From: Candidatus Nitrospinota bacterium M3_3B_026
GTDB taxonomy: Bacteria > Nitrospinota_A > UBA7883 > JBPRGF01
Assembly (NCBI GenBank): GCA_051418015.1
Contig: JBPRGF010000018.1
Span: 55,427-119,426, forward strand
Reading direction: 5' to 3'
Length of the DNA stretch: 64,000 nt
Positions 9,596 through 22,782 of the stretch are shown here, piece after piece (position 1 is the first letter of the stretch; every line of letters begins with the position of its first letter). The notes below the pieces were generated by a model. That model was given only the letters and a program-made list of their open reading frames with translations. It searched no databases and was not told the origin of the DNA. Made by a program: the position numbers and the translations under genes.

Positions 9596-11194
9596 CTAGA
9601 CGGCGAAATCGCCGCCGCTGTTTTTTTCGTTGAACCGCTCGTAGACCCTTTTTTCCTTCAGCAGGCCGAAAAGGTCCGCGTCCAGCCGGCCCCTGCCCAC
9701 CTCGGACTGGACTATCTCGTAGGCTTTCTCAAGCGGCATCTGCTTTTTGTAAGGGCGATCCGAGGCGGTCAGCGCCTCGAAGAAATCGGCCAGCGCCAGG
9801 ATGCGCGACTGTAATGGCAGCTGGTCCGCCTTCAGTCCGTTGGGGTATCCCGAGCCGTCCAGCGTCTCGTGGTGGCTGGCGGCGTATAGGGGGACGTTCC
9901 TGAGCTTTTTGATGAACGGTATCTTCTCCAGCATCCTGATGGTGATCCTGATGTGGTCCTTCATGATCTCCCGCTCGGCCTCGGTGATGGAGCCTTTGCG
10001 GACGCAAAGGTTCTCAAGCTCATCGTCCGACAGGCGGGGCAGCTCCCTGCCGTTAATGGGAAAGGTCCGGCCGGCGATGCCGCGGAGCCTGCGGATATAG
10101 TCGTCGCCCATGAACTCGCCCGGGTTGTTGCAGGCCAGGACGAAGTCCCGCTCGCTCTCTATTTCCCTGATTTTTTCGCCGTGGCGCCGCTCCGCCTCCC
10201 TGACCTCATCCTCGGCGGCGCCCTTTTCCAGGAGCCTGATCTTCTCCTCCAGGAGGGCGTTTTTCGCCTGGGTGATGATGAGCTCGTACCTGGTCTTTAT
10301 AAGCTCCGAGCGGTCGAAGATCGTCTCCAGCTTCACCGCCTTGTCCATCACGTGCTGTGGAGTGATTATCTTGCCTATGTCGTGCATCCAGCCCGCTATG
10401 CGCAGCTCGTTTAGCTCCTCGCTGGTGAAATGGACATTGGCGAAGGGGCCGGTTTTCGTCTCGTTGATGGCCCGGGCAAGCCCCAGGGCAAGGCCGGCGA
10501 CACGCCGGACGTGGCCGTGGGTGTATTTCGACCGCGCGTCGAGGGCCGTCACCATCACCTGCAGGAACGACTCGAAGAGCCGCTCCGTCTCCTTGATCAG
10601 CCGGACATTGGTTATGGCGACGGCGGCCTGGCTGGCCAGGGACTCCGCCAGGACGACGTACCGGTTGTCGAAGGGGATGACCCTGCCCGTGTCGGGGTCC
10701 GTGGCGTTCAGCAGCTGGAGGACGCCTATCACCTCGTCCTCGTGATTGGTCATCGGCGTCACCAGCATCGACTTGCTGCGGTACCCGGTCATCTTGTCGT
10801 ATTTCTTGGGGCCGGTGAAGTCGAACCCTGTGGCCTTGTAGACGTCGGGGATGTTCACCGTCTTTTTTTCCAGGGCCACGTAGGCGGAGACGAAGGAAGG
10901 GTCCAGCGGGACCGGCTCGAAGGGCGCCGGGTCGCCGGAGACGCCCCCGAGGCTGATCCCGAGCGACAGGCTCTTGCTTATGCAAAAGGAGAGTCCGTCC
11001 CCCTCCTTGAGGTACAGGGTGCCCCCGTCGGCGTGGGTGAAGCCGCAGGCCTCCGTCACGATCTTCTCCAGGAGGGCGTCGATGTTGTGCTCGGCGGACA
11101 GGGATATGCCTATCTCCGCAAGGCGCTGGATGAGGCTGAGATAGACGTTTTCCTGGGGCGTTACTTTCCTTCCGGTCTTCGGGACAGGCGCCAT
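9596..11194 (-). CDS. GAF + HD-GYP cyclic-dinucleotide phosphodiesterase
   Basis: GAF (ADGGTLYL...YRSKSML...IGVLQLLN), WMHDIGK, helical insertion, HHETLDGSGYPNGL. Confidence 0.88.
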   Translation of the reverse strand: MAPVPKTGRKVTPQENVYLSLIQRLAEIGISLSAEHNIDALLEKIVTEACGFTHADGGTLYLKEGDGLSFCISKSLSLGISLGGVSGDPAPFEPVPLDPSFVSAYVALEKKTVNIPDVYKATGFDFTGPKKYDKMTGYRSKSMLVTPMTNHEDEVIGVLQLLNATDPDTGRVIPFDNRYVVLAESLASQAAVAITNVRLIKETERLFESFLQVMVTALDARSKYTHGHVRRVAGLALGLARAINETKTGPFANVHFTSEELNELRIAGWMHDIGKIITPQHVMDKAVKLETIFDRSELIKTRYELIITQAKNALLEEKIRLLEKGAAEDEVREAERRHGEKIREIESERDFVLACNNPGEFMGDDYIRRLRGIAGRTFPINGRELPRLSDDELENLCVRKGSITEAEREIMKDHIRITIRMLEKIPFIKKLRNVPLYAASHHETLDGSGYPNGLKADQLPLQSRILALADFFEALTASDRPYKKQMPLEKAYEIVQSEVGRGRLDADLFGLLKEKRVYERFNEKNSGGDFAV

Positions 11195-11231
11195 GGTTTT
11201 TTCCCGTTGTCTTAAAGAAAGTTTCCCGGTC

Positions 11232-12704
11232 TCAGATCCACTTTTCCAGGATGCGGTCCAGCTCTCCCTGATCGTAAAGCTCGAACATGGCATCCACCAC
11301 GGAAGGGTCGAAGTGGGACCCGGAGCATCGTTTCATCTCCGCCATGGCCTTGTCGATGGGCCACTCGTCCTTGTACGACCGTTTGCTGATGAGCGCGTCG
11401 AACACGTCCGCCACGGCCGTTATGCGGGCGCAAAGCGGGATGTCCTCCCCGGCCAGCCCGTCCGGGTATCCCGAGCCGTCCCATTTTTCGTGATGGCCGC
11501 GGGCGATCCTCCGGGCCATGGCGAAGAAAGGCTTGGAGGGGAGGATTTTTTCTCCGTTCACCGTGTGAGCCTTCATCGTCTCGAATTCCCCGGGGGTGAA
11601 CTTGCCGGGTTTTTTGAGAATCTCGTCCGGGACGGCGATCTTCCCCACGTCATGCATGATGGAGGAGTAACCGATCTCCTCGGCCTCCGTGTCCGATATC
11701 CCCAGCTTGAGAGCCAGCGCCTGGCAATACCGCTGGATGCGGTGGACGTGGTTGCCCGTCGCGTCGTCCTTGGCCTCCGCCGCCAGCGCCAGGGAGTATA
11801 TGGCGTCCAGGTTCGCCTCCCGCAGCTGCGTCGTCCTCTCCCTGACTCTTTTTTCCAGGGTCTCGTTGAACTGGGCCAGCTTCTGGTTCACCCTGCCGAG
11901 CTCCTCGTAGAGCGATTTCACCCTCAGGTGACTCTGTATCCTGGCGATGAACTCCTCGCTGGAGAAGGGTTTGACGATATAGTCGTCCGCGCCCATGTTG
12001 AGCAGCAGCTTGATGTTCTCCTTTTCCGAGATGGTGGTGGAGATTATGATGGGAATGAACTGGAACCTGTCTTCCTTCCTGATCTTCTCCACCAGGCGGC
12101 GGCCGTCCATGTTGGGCATGTTGATGTCGGTCACCACCATGTCTATATCGGCCGCGCCCTTTTGCAAAGCCTCCCAGCCCTCCACGCCGTCGGATGCCTC
12201 CAGCACGTCGTGGCCTTTTCTTTCGAGCAGGTACTTGGTTATGGCCCTGATGGTCTCCGAGTCCTCCACCAGCAGTATCCTCCGCCGCCGGGTCCTGGCG
12301 GCGGAGGAGGCCAGGCGTTTGTTGACGAACATCCCGAGCTTGCCGCAGGGGAAGGGCTTGCGGAAAACAGCCACGGCCCCGGCGTTCAGGGCTTTCTCCA
12401 TCCCCTTCTGGCTGCCAGCGCCGGTTATCACTATCAGGGGGATCCGGCTTGTCTTCTCGGATGATTTCAGCCTGGAGATGAGCTCCAGACCGCCAACGCC
12501 GTCTATGGCCAGGTCGAGGGTTATCATGTCCGGTATGTGGGAATGGGCGAGGTCCATTCCGTGCTCGGCGCTGTTGGCCATGATGACGTTCATGCCAGCC
12601 GAGGCCAGCTCCTCTTCGAGGATCCGCCTGGATATCTGGTTGTCGTCGATGACAAGGACGCTCTTCGTGGAGTCCAAGGTCATAAAATCCGCCACTTCAT
12701 CCAT
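11232..12704 (-). CDS. Dual-receiver HD-GYP response regulator (RpfG-like); start may be 12683
   Basis: Two REC domains (ITLDL...KPF; VTDINMP...KPF), MHDVGK, HHEKWDGSGYPDGL. Confidence 0.88.
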   Translation of the reverse strand: MDEVADFMTLDSTKSVLVIDDNQISRRILEEELASAGMNVIMANSAEHGMDLAHSHIPDMITLDLAIDGVGGLELISRLKSSEKTSRIPLIVITGAGSQKGMEKALNAGAVAVFRKPFPCGKLGMFVNKRLASSAARTRRRRILLVEDSETIRAITKYLLERKGHDVLEASDGVEGWEALQKGAADIDMVVTDINMPNMDGRRLVEKIRKEDRFQFIPIIISTTISEKENIKLLLNMGADDYIVKPFSSEEFIARIQSHLRVKSLYEELGRVNQKLAQFNETLEKRVRERTTQLREANLDAIYSLALAAEAKDDATGNHVHRIQRYCQALALKLGISDTEAEEIGYSSIMHDVGKIAVPDEILKKPGKFTPGEFETMKAHTVNGEKILPSKPFFAMARRIARGHHEKWDGSGYPDGLAGEDIPLCARITAVADVFDALISKRSYKDEWPIDKAMAEMKRCSGSHFDPSVVDAMFELYDQGELDRILEKWI

Positions 12705-12902
12705 CCCCGGAAAAGCGATGCGCCCCCCTGGAGCGCCGGTCACGAGTGTTTATTTTAACATATTATATGACGAGGCCACCGATAAGCCTTTTTTCCCCGT
12801 CATCGCGGAAAGCGGGCGCTCCGCATGGTGATATCTTTCCGTCGCGTCAGCCATGGGCCGCTCCGGGAATTTTTCGGAGCTTACATGCTATCATTCCTTT
12901 CC

Positions 12903-14072
12903 ATGAGCGTCCTGGATCGTTATATATTGAGGGAGCTTGTCAAGGTCTTCCTCCTGGCGGTCTTTGTCCTGCTGTCGGTGCTGCTGCTGGAGAAGCTGCG
13001 CTTCCTGTCCGATCTGCTCCTGACAAAACACGCCTCCTTCGCGGCGATCGGCAGGCTGCTTTTGTACCTGACGCCCGCGTTCATGGTCCTGGCGGCGCCG
13101 CTGGGGGTGCTCCTCTCCACGCTGATGGTCTTTTCCCGCCTCTCCGCGGAGAACGAGATAACGGCGATGCGGGCGAGCGGGATATCCCTCTACAGGCTGC
13201 TGGCGCCCGTGGCGGCGCTCTCCATCGCCACGCTGGGGCTCACGCTCTACCTTTCCGTGAGCGTGGAGCACAACGCGAACCTCAAGTTCCGCGAGCTGGT
13301 CGTGAAAACCCTCAAATCCAGCATAGACACGAAGATAAGGGAGAGACGCTTCAACTCCGGGTTCGAGGGGCTGCTCATATACGTCAATGAAAACGACGGC
13401 GGAACGTTGAGAGGGGTCTTTATATCCGACCAGAGAAACCCCGAAAGCCCCAGGATCATAGAGTCCCGGCTCGGCCGCATCCACTCCGACCCCGCCAGCG
13501 AAACGGCCACCATAGAGCTCGCCGACGGGATAATCCACAGAAGCGGAAAGGAGGGCCTGTACCGCACCATAGCCTTCGATTCCTACGCCCTCAGGATGGA
13601 CATTTCCGGCGGGCTTGGCGAATCGTTCGAGAAGGAGACGCCGCACATGTCCATCCCGGAGCTGGAGGAGCGGATAGAAAAGCTGCGCGCGCAAGGCGAA
13701 AAAGCCGCCGCTGAAAAGACCGCCATACACAAAAAATTCGCCGCGCCCGTCGGCTGCCTGGCTTTAGGGCTTCTGGGCGCGCCCCTGGGGATAATGACGC
13801 ACAGGCGCGGCGCGGCGGGCGGCTTCGGGCTCGGTGTAGTGATGATAGTCCTCAACTACATTCTCTGGATGACGGGTCAGAGCCTTGGCGCGGAGGGGAA
13901 GGCCCCCGCGGCCCTCGCCATCTGGGCGCCGAACGTGATAATGGGCGCCATAGGGGTCTATCTCGTCCTGCGTGTCTCCAGGGACACCATGCCGACCCGG
14001 CTCGGGCTATGGCTTGCGGAGACGAGAAAAAGCCTCGGCCGCCGCCGTCGCCCGGGCGGAACGGAGGGCTGA
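12903..14072 (+). CDS. lptF: LPS export permease LptF/LptG family (LptF-like)
   Basis: LDRYILREL, RLSAENEITAMRASGIS, IHKKFAAP, WAPN. Confidence 0.8.
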   Translation: MSVLDRYILRELVKVFLLAVFVLLSVLLLEKLRFLSDLLLTKHASFAAIGRLLLYLTPAFMVLAAPLGVLLSTLMVFSRLSAENEITAMRASGISLYRLLAPVAALSIATLGLTLYLSVSVEHNANLKFRELVVKTLKSSIDTKIRERRFNSGFEGLLIYVNENDGGTLRGVFISDQRNPESPRIIESRLGRIHSDPASETATIELADGIIHRSGKEGLYRTIAFDSYALRMDISGGLGESFEKETPHMSIPELEERIEKLRAQGEKAAAEKTAIHKKFAAPVGCLALGLLGAPLGIMTHRRGAAGGFGLGVVMIVLNYILWMTGQSLGAEGKAPAALAIWAPNVIMGAIGVYLVLRVSRDTMPTRLGLWLAETRKSLGRRRRPGGTEG

Positions 14073-14080
14073 GGCTTTCC

Positions 14081-14671
14081 ATGGGCGCGCTGATCAGGCT
14101 GGACGAGGCGCTGTTTTTCTGGATAAACAACGGCTGGGCCTGCCCCGCCCTCGACGCGCTGATGTCGCTCGCCTCCGTGGCGGGCGACGCGGGAGTGTTG
14201 GTCCTCTTCGGCCTCACGGCCATACTGTTCTGGGACAAGGCCGGCCGAAGGAGGATGGTTCCCCTTTTTCTGGCGGCGATGGCCGCGGGAGGGGTCTCTC
14301 TCGTAGCGCTGAAGGCGGTCGTGGACAGGGACAGGCCGATGGAGCGGTTCAAGGAGGAAATAAGGATGGGAACGGCCGAGGTCCGCGCCCCACTGCGCCC
14401 CCTCTTCGCCCGATCGTTTCCCTCCGGCCATTCCCAGGCCGCGTTCACGGCGGCGGCCTTCTTCGCCCTCTATTACAGGCGGCGCAGGGCGGCCCTTTAC
14501 GCCGCGGCGGCCATGGTGGCTCTCTCCAGGGTCTACCTGGGGGCTCATTTCCCCCTGGACATACTGGCCGGGTCGGCCCTGGGGTGGCTCATCGCCTGGC
14601 TGGTCTGGAGGATCGGCAAGATGGCGCGGGGTGGAAAAAGCCCTTCGCCCCAGGCCGCGGACGCGGTCTGA
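14081..14671 (+). CDS. PAP2 family membrane phosphatase
   Basis: K-x6-RP, SFPSGH, SRVYLGAHFPLD. Confidence 0.9.
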   Translation: MGALIRLDEALFFWINNGWACPALDALMSLASVAGDAGVLVLFGLTAILFWDKAGRRRMVPLFLAAMAAGGVSLVALKAVVDRDRPMERFKEEIRMGTAEVRAPLRPLFARSFPSGHSQAAFTAAAFFALYYRRRRAALYAAAAMVALSRVYLGAHFPLDILAGSALGWLIAWLVWRIGKMARGGKSPSPQAADAV

Positions 14672-14813
14672 TGCTGAGGGCGCCCGCGCTCTTGACTCGA
14701 GGGGGTTTTGAGTTTAATCTCGTCCGGTTTAGAATAACGCGACGCAGAAAAGAGCACATCCGCGGGAAACGAGAAATGGAACTGTCAACGTATAAAACAG
14801 ACGGAGGCGTTTG

Positions 14814-17516
<2,703 letters not shown>

Positions 17517-17524
17517 CGCCGGGC

Positions 17525-18595
17525 TCACCCCGCAAGCCCGCTTCTGACCAGCCAGCGGGCCAGCGCGGCGGTGTACACGGGATCGGGGTTCACCCGGTTC
17601 TCCTCGAACGCCGTCCAGGCGTACTTTACGACGTGATCGGTGTTCACGGTAGCGGCGAGCTTCAGCATCGTTTCCCAGCCGCCCTCGATCAGCCGCCGCT
17701 CCGCCTCGCCGGGCGAAGGGTTGAAATTTTTGTCCCAAGGCGCGTCGCTGTCGGCTGAGTAAAGAGCCGCCACGGCCTGCCACAGGTACGAGACCGCCTC
17801 CGGCAAAACGCTTTCGGGAAGGATTTTCGACAACATCCGCGCCGCGTGCGTCGCGGTGAGGCAATGGATGAAGGTTATGGCGGGCCGGCCGTCGTTTTGC
17901 AGGTACAAGGACGCGGCGGCCCTGGAGATTCCGTTCAACGTTGGGACAGGGTCTTCCACGTCCAGCCAGCTTTTCACGGCCCAAAAGGGCTCGAACCCAT
18001 CCAGGGGAGCGACCCTGGTGAAAATGAGCCCCTTGACGCGCTTCGAATCCGGCAGCCGCTCTACCTTTTCCAGCAGTTGCCCGGCCTCCGCGCCCTTTGC
18101 GGCCTCGCCCGGCCCGTCCGGCAGCCGCTGGAACCTGGCCGCCCAGTAGCCCAGGGCGATGGCGAGTTCGGCGCGCCTGGCCTGCGTCTCCGCCTCCAGC
18201 AGGCCGTCCACGGCGTAAGCCGTCCGGATAAGCCCGTGGGTGGCCCCGGCCATGACGCCGGGGAAAAGACGCGGCGCCCATTCGGCCACCACCTCCCGCC
18301 AGTCGCCGGATTTCGTCAGGGGGAGAAAAAAATCGCGCCAGCCTGAGAGCCGCGAGTGATCGCCGAGCGCGCTTTCAGGGTCGCCGGGGTTCACGGGCCC
18401 GCCGTTTTCCGGCCAGGGCTCAAGCTTTTCGGCGGCGGCGGCCACGAGGGCTTCAAGCCTTTTTTCGTCTGTCTTTGGCGCGATCCTTTTCAGGGCGCGC
18501 ATGGTCATGGCGGCGTGATTCGAAAATCCGCCGCCGAACTCGGGCGAAAAGTCCGACAGCCTCCGCAGCAGACGATCGATTGTATCCCTTGACAT
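17525..18595 (-). CDS. Questin oxidase-like (DUF4243) protein
   Basis: FSNHAAM, GATHGLIR, ALGYWAA, FIHCLTATHA, DHVVK pattern. Confidence 0.65.
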   Translation of the reverse strand: MSRDTIDRLLRRLSDFSPEFGGGFSNHAAMTMRALKRIAPKTDEKRLEALVAAAAEKLEPWPENGGPVNPGDPESALGDHSRLSGWRDFFLPLTKSGDWREVVAEWAPRLFPGVMAGATHGLIRTAYAVDGLLEAETQARRAELAIALGYWAARFQRLPDGPGEAAKGAEAGQLLEKVERLPDSKRVKGLIFTRVAPLDGFEPFWAVKSWLDVEDPVPTLNGISRAAASLYLQNDGRPAITFIHCLTATHAARMLSKILPESVLPEAVSYLWQAVAALYSADSDAPWDKNFNPSPGEAERRLIEGGWETMLKLAATVNTDHVVKYAWTAFEENRVNPDPVYTAALARWLVRSGLAG

Positions 18596-18641
18596 TGACG
18601 GCTAATATAACATAAGCCTTTATGTTTCATGTTCAACTCGG

Positions 18642-19760
18642 GTGGAGACAGTGGGGAGAATATCGAGCGACTCGGACTTCATGCTCCGCGCCGTGGAGCT
18701 TGCCCGCAAGGGCAAGGGGCGGACATCGCCGAACCCGGCCGTGGGCGCGGTGATAGTCAAGGATGGCAAGGTTGTCGGCGAGGGGTGGCACAAGAAGGCC
18801 GGAAAACCCCACGCCGAGATCGAGGCCCTTCGCTCCGCGCGCGGACAAGCCGCCGGAGCGGCGCTTTACGTCACCCTGGAGCCGTGCAACCATCATGGGC
18901 TCACGCCGCCCTGTACAGACGCGATAATAGCGGCCGGGATAACGAGGGTCGTGATCGGCGCCAGGGACACGTCTCCCAAAGAGGGCGAGAGGGGCGCGGC
19001 CAGGCTCCGGAAGGCGGGTGTCGCCGTCCGGGCAGGCGTGCTGAAAAAAGACTGCGGCAGGCTTGTCGAGGATTTCTTGAAACACTCCCGGACGGGGCTG
19101 CCCTTTGTGACACTGAAGACCGCCATGACCCTCGACGGCAAGATCGCCACCGCCTCCGGTGACTCGAAATGGATAAGCTCCGAGGAATCCCGCCGATACG
19201 TTCACAGGCTGAGAGACGAGACCGGCGCCGTCATGGCCGGCGCGGACACGGTTATAGCCGACAACCCCGAGCTCACCGTCCGCCACGGGCGCGGCGGCAG
19301 GGATCCTTTGCGTGTGATAGTGGACAGCAGGCTGAGGACCCCACGGGACGCGAAGGTCGTCAAGAGGGCGAAGAGGATCCCCACCATCATCGCCACCAGC
19401 AGCGCGGCGCCCCTGAAAAAAGTCAGGGAGCTTGAGAGGGCGGGGGTGGAGGTTCTTGTCCTTCCGTCCAGGAGCGGCCGGGTGAGGCTTTCCTGCCTGA
19501 TGGAGGAGCTCGGCCGGCGCGGCGTCATGGGCGTTTTGCTGGAGGGCGCGGGGGAGCTTGCGGGGGCGGCCGTGGGCGCTGGAGTCGTGGACAGGGTTCT
19601 TTTTTTCATAGCGCCGAAAATCGCCGGGGGGACGCGCTGCCCCGTCACGGGGTTCTCCGTGGAGAAGATGTCCGGCGCTCTCGAGCTTTCCGGCGTGGAG
19701 GTGGAGCGGATCGGCCCGGACGTGGCGATAGGCGGCCTGCTGGGCGATAAGGCTGTATAA
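18642..19760 (+). CDS. ribD: Riboflavin biosynthesis deaminase/reductase
   Basis: PNPAVG, HAE, TLEPCNHHGLTPPC, TLDGKIA; exact start uncertain. Confidence 0.95.
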   Translation: METVGRISSDSDFMLRAVELARKGKGRTSPNPAVGAVIVKDGKVVGEGWHKKAGKPHAEIEALRSARGQAAGAALYVTLEPCNHHGLTPPCTDAIIAAGITRVVIGARDTSPKEGERGAARLRKAGVAVRAGVLKKDCGRLVEDFLKHSRTGLPFVTLKTAMTLDGKIATASGDSKWISSEESRRYVHRLRDETGAVMAGADTVIADNPELTVRHGRGGRDPLRVIVDSRLRTPRDAKVVKRAKRIPTIIATSSAAPLKKVRELERAGVEVLVLPSRSGRVRLSCLMEELGRRGVMGVLLEGAGELAGAAVGAGVVDRVLFFIAPKIAGGTRCPVTGFSVEKMSGALELSGVEVERIGPDVAIGGLLGDKAV

Positions 19761-19806
19761 TAAAGGCATTCGGCTTCATTCGGTTTTTTTCCGCGAAGGT
19801 GAGAAG

Positions 19807-20451
19807 ATGTTTACGGGAATAGTGGAGACGATGGGAAGGGTGGCCTCCGTCCGGAGGTCGAGCGGCGGCATGTCCATCGACGTCGACGCCGCGGGCGCCG
19901 TCCCGGACCCCAAGACCGGCGAGAGCGTCGCCGTCAACGGCGTCTGCCTGACCGTGACCGCCTCCAGGGGGGATGTTCTCTCCTTCGACGTGTCGAAAGA
20001 GACACTGGCCCGCTCGACGTTCCGGGACGCCGGTCCCGGCGACATGGTGAACATAGAACGCGCCATGAGGATGGGCGACAGGCTGGGGGGGCACCTTGTC
20101 TCCGGCCACGTGGACGCCGTGGGAAAGGTGGCGAAGGTGGCGCCCTCGGGCGAGGGGTTCGATCTGGAGGTGGCGATCCCGGGGGAGGGGATGAAATACG
20201 TGATCGAAAAAGGCTCCATAGCTATCGACGGGATAAGCCTGACGGTGGCGTCGAAACACGAACGGTCCATAACCATCGCGATCATTCCGCACACATGGGA
20301 GGCGACGGCGCTGCGTGACAAAAACCCCGGTTCGACGGTAAACATCGAATATGATATGATCGCCAAATACGTCGAAAACTTTGTAAAACCTGAAAATACT
20401 TCCAGAGGCGGTCTGGACGAGGGTTTTTTGAGAGGTGCCGGTTTTCTCTAG
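19807..20451 (+). CDS. ribE: Riboflavin synthase alpha chain
   Basis: [29 protein letters not shown]. Confidence 0.96.
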   Translation: MFTGIVETMGRVASVRRSSGGMSIDVDAAGAVPDPKTGESVAVNGVCLTVTASRGDVLSFDVSKETLARSTFRDAGPGDMVNIERAMRMGDRLGGHLVSGHVDAVGKVAKVAPSGEGFDLEVAIPGEGMKYVIEKGSIAIDGISLTVASKHERSITIAIIPHTWEATALRDKNPGSTVNIEYDMIAKYVENFVKPENTSRGGLDEGFLRGAGFL

Positions 20452-20526
20452 GACGGGACGGCGCGGACGGAGGCTCCGGGCTGGAGCGTGGTAAAAAATA
20501 TTTCAAGCCGCTGCGGTTTTAAAGGT

Positions 20527-21765
20527 ATGGAACAGCGAGACGAAAACAGGAAGTTCAACACGATAGAAGAAGCCGTCGAGGAGCTTCGCGCCGGGCGGAT
20601 GGTGATCCTCATAGACGACGAGGATCGGGAGAACGAGGGAGACCTCGTCCTGGCCGCCGAGAAGGCCACGCCGGAGGCGATAAACTTCATGGCCAGGGAG
20701 GGGCGCGGGCTCATCTGCCTTTCGCTGACCCCGGAGCGGTGCGACGAGCTTGGCCTTCCCTTGATGGTCAGGGAGAACGAGTCGCAGTTCGGCACGGGTT
20801 TCACCGTCTCCATAGAGGCGCGCCGCGGCGTCACCACCGGCATATCCGCCGCCGACAGGAGCGTCACGGTGCGGACCGCCATCGACCCCGGGACCGGGCC
20901 GGAGGACCTCGTCCGCCCTGGGCACATCTTCCCCCTGAGGGCGAAGAAGGGAGGAGTGCTCGTCCGGGTGGGGCAGACGGAGGGGTCCGTCGATCTTTGC
21001 AGGATAGCGGGGCTTTATCCGGCGGGGGTGATCTGCGAGATCATGAACGAGGACGGGACCATGGCCCGCGTCCCGCAGCTCAAGGAGTTCGCCGCCAGGA
21101 GCGGCCTGAAGATAATCACCGTCAAGGATATAGTCGAGCACAGGCTCAAAAACGAGCTTTTCGTGCGCCGCGCCGTCGAGACCGTCATCCCGACCAAGCA
21201 CGGCGAGTTCAAGGCCGTCGCCTACGACAACGCCATTAACGACGAAATACACCTGGCGCTTTTGAAAGGCGACGTGGGCGGGGACGAGCCCTGCCTCACC
21301 CGGGTGCACTCCCAGTGCCTCACCGGCGACGTGTTCGGCTCGCAACGGTGCGACTGCGGCGACCAGCTCGACCTCGCCATGGAGATGATCTCCAAAGAGG
21401 GGCGCGGCGTCCTGCTCTACCTTTTCCAGGAGGGTAGGGGCATCGGGCTTTTGAACAAGCTCAAGGCTTACGCGTTGCAGGACCAGGGCCACGACACCGT
21501 GGAGGCGAACCACCACCTCGGCTTCAAGGCCGACCTGCGCGACTACGGGATCGGCGCCCAGATACTGCGCGACCTGGGCTTGCGGAAAATACGGCTCATA
21601 ACCAACAACCCGCGCAAGATCGTCGGCCTCGACGGCTACGGGCTGACGATCGTGGAGAGAGTGCCCGCCGTCTGCGAGCCGAGGGAGAGCAACATACGCT
21701 ACCTGGCGGCCAAGCAGGACAAGCTCGGCCACCTGCTGGACATCAAAAAGACAACGGACGCCTGA
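20527..21765 (+). CDS. ribBA: DHBP synthase / GTP cyclohydrolase II
   Basis: [39 protein letters not shown]. Confidence 0.96.
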   Translation: MEQRDENRKFNTIEEAVEELRAGRMVILIDDEDRENEGDLVLAAEKATPEAINFMAREGRGLICLSLTPERCDELGLPLMVRENESQFGTGFTVSIEARRGVTTGISAADRSVTVRTAIDPGTGPEDLVRPGHIFPLRAKKGGVLVRVGQTEGSVDLCRIAGLYPAGVICEIMNEDGTMARVPQLKEFAARSGLKIITVKDIVEHRLKNELFVRRAVETVIPTKHGEFKAVAYDNAINDEIHLALLKGDVGGDEPCLTRVHSQCLTGDVFGSQRCDCGDQLDLAMEMISKEGRGVLLYLFQEGRGIGLLNKLKAYALQDQGHDTVEANHHLGFKADLRDYGIGAQILRDLGLRKIRLITNNPRKIVGLDGYGLTIVERVPAVCEPRESNIRYLAAKQDKLGHLLDIKKTTDA

Positions 21766-21782
21766 GAGGACAGGGGAGGAGA

Positions 21783-22247
21783 ATGGTAAACCGCATGGAA
21801 GGCGCCCTCGACGGCGCCGGGGCGAAGGTGGGGATAGTGGTGAGCAGGTTCAACGAGTTCCTGACCGGCAGGCTGCTGGACGGGGCGGTGGACTGTCTTG
21901 TACGTCACGGCGTCGCCGACGGCGGCATAGACGTCTGTTACACGCCCGGAGCGTTCGAGATACCGTTCGTGGCCAGGAAGATGGCCGCGTCCGGCAAGTA
22001 CAACGCGGTGATAACCCTGGGCGCGGTGATCCGCGGGGCGACTCCCCATTTCGAATACGTCGCCGCGGAGGTCTCCAAGGGCGTCGCGCAGGCGATGATG
22101 GAGACGGATATCCCGATCTCTTTCGGTGTGCTCACCGTGGACACGATCGAGCAGGGCGTGGAGCGGGCCGGGACGAAATCCGGCAACAAGGGCTGGGACG
22201 CGGCGCTCTCCGCCCTGGAAATGATAAGCCTCAACAAGAAGCTTTAG
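21783..22247 (+). CDS. ribH: Lumazine synthase
   Basis: [30 protein letters not shown]. Confidence 0.96.
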   Translation: MVNRMEGALDGAGAKVGIVVSRFNEFLTGRLLDGAVDCLVRHGVADGGIDVCYTPGAFEIPFVARKMAASGKYNAVITLGAVIRGATPHFEYVAAEVSKGVAQAMMETDIPISFGVLTVDTIEQGVERAGTKSGNKGWDAALSALEMISLNKKL

Positions 22248-22298
22248 GACGGCGCCGGTGTTGAAGCTTGCCGTCTCCCGGCCGGGCCTTCGTTTGAG

Positions 22299-22718
22299 AT
22301 GAGCGGGCGGCGCAGGTCGCGCGAGGCGGCCGTGAAGATACTGTACCGGGTGGATCTTGCCGGCGGCGGGGACATCGGCGAGGCCATGGACGACTATTTC
22401 GGCGCGGAGCCTTCCGGGAGCCCGGGGCGGGATTTCACGGAGAGCCTCGTCCGCGGCGTCATTGGAAGGCTCGGCGAGATAGACTCGAAGATCTCCGGCC
22501 TGCTGGAGCGATGGACGCTGGACAGGCTGGGCTACCTGGAGCGGGCGATCCTTAGGATGGCCGTGTACGAGATGTACTATGAGCCCGCCACCCCGGACAA
22601 GGTGGTGATAGACGAGGCCGTGGAGATCGCCAAGAAATATTGCGAGGCGGATTCCGCCGGATTTGTGAACGGTGTTCTGGACAGGGCGATGAGGGAGAAG
22701 ACCGCCTCCGCCCCATGA
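22299..22718 (+). CDS. nusB: Transcription antitermination factor NusB
   Basis: RRRSRE, ERAILR, VVIDEAVEIAK, FVNGVLD; follows ribH. Confidence 0.93.
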   Translation: MSGRRRSREAAVKILYRVDLAGGGDIGEAMDDYFGAEPSGSPGRDFTESLVRGVIGRLGEIDSKISGLLERWTLDRLGYLERAILRMAVYEMYYEPATPDKVVIDEAVEIAKKYCEADSAGFVNGVLDRAMREKTASAP

Positions 22719-22782
22719 ACCTTTGGCCCCTCCGGGAGCGGGCGGCGGAGGCCCGGCGCCCGGAGGCTTGAAGCTTGACCTT

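Noticed and set aside
18596..18641. FMN riboswitch before ribD
   Set aside because: The gap is too short and lacks RFN conserved motifs.
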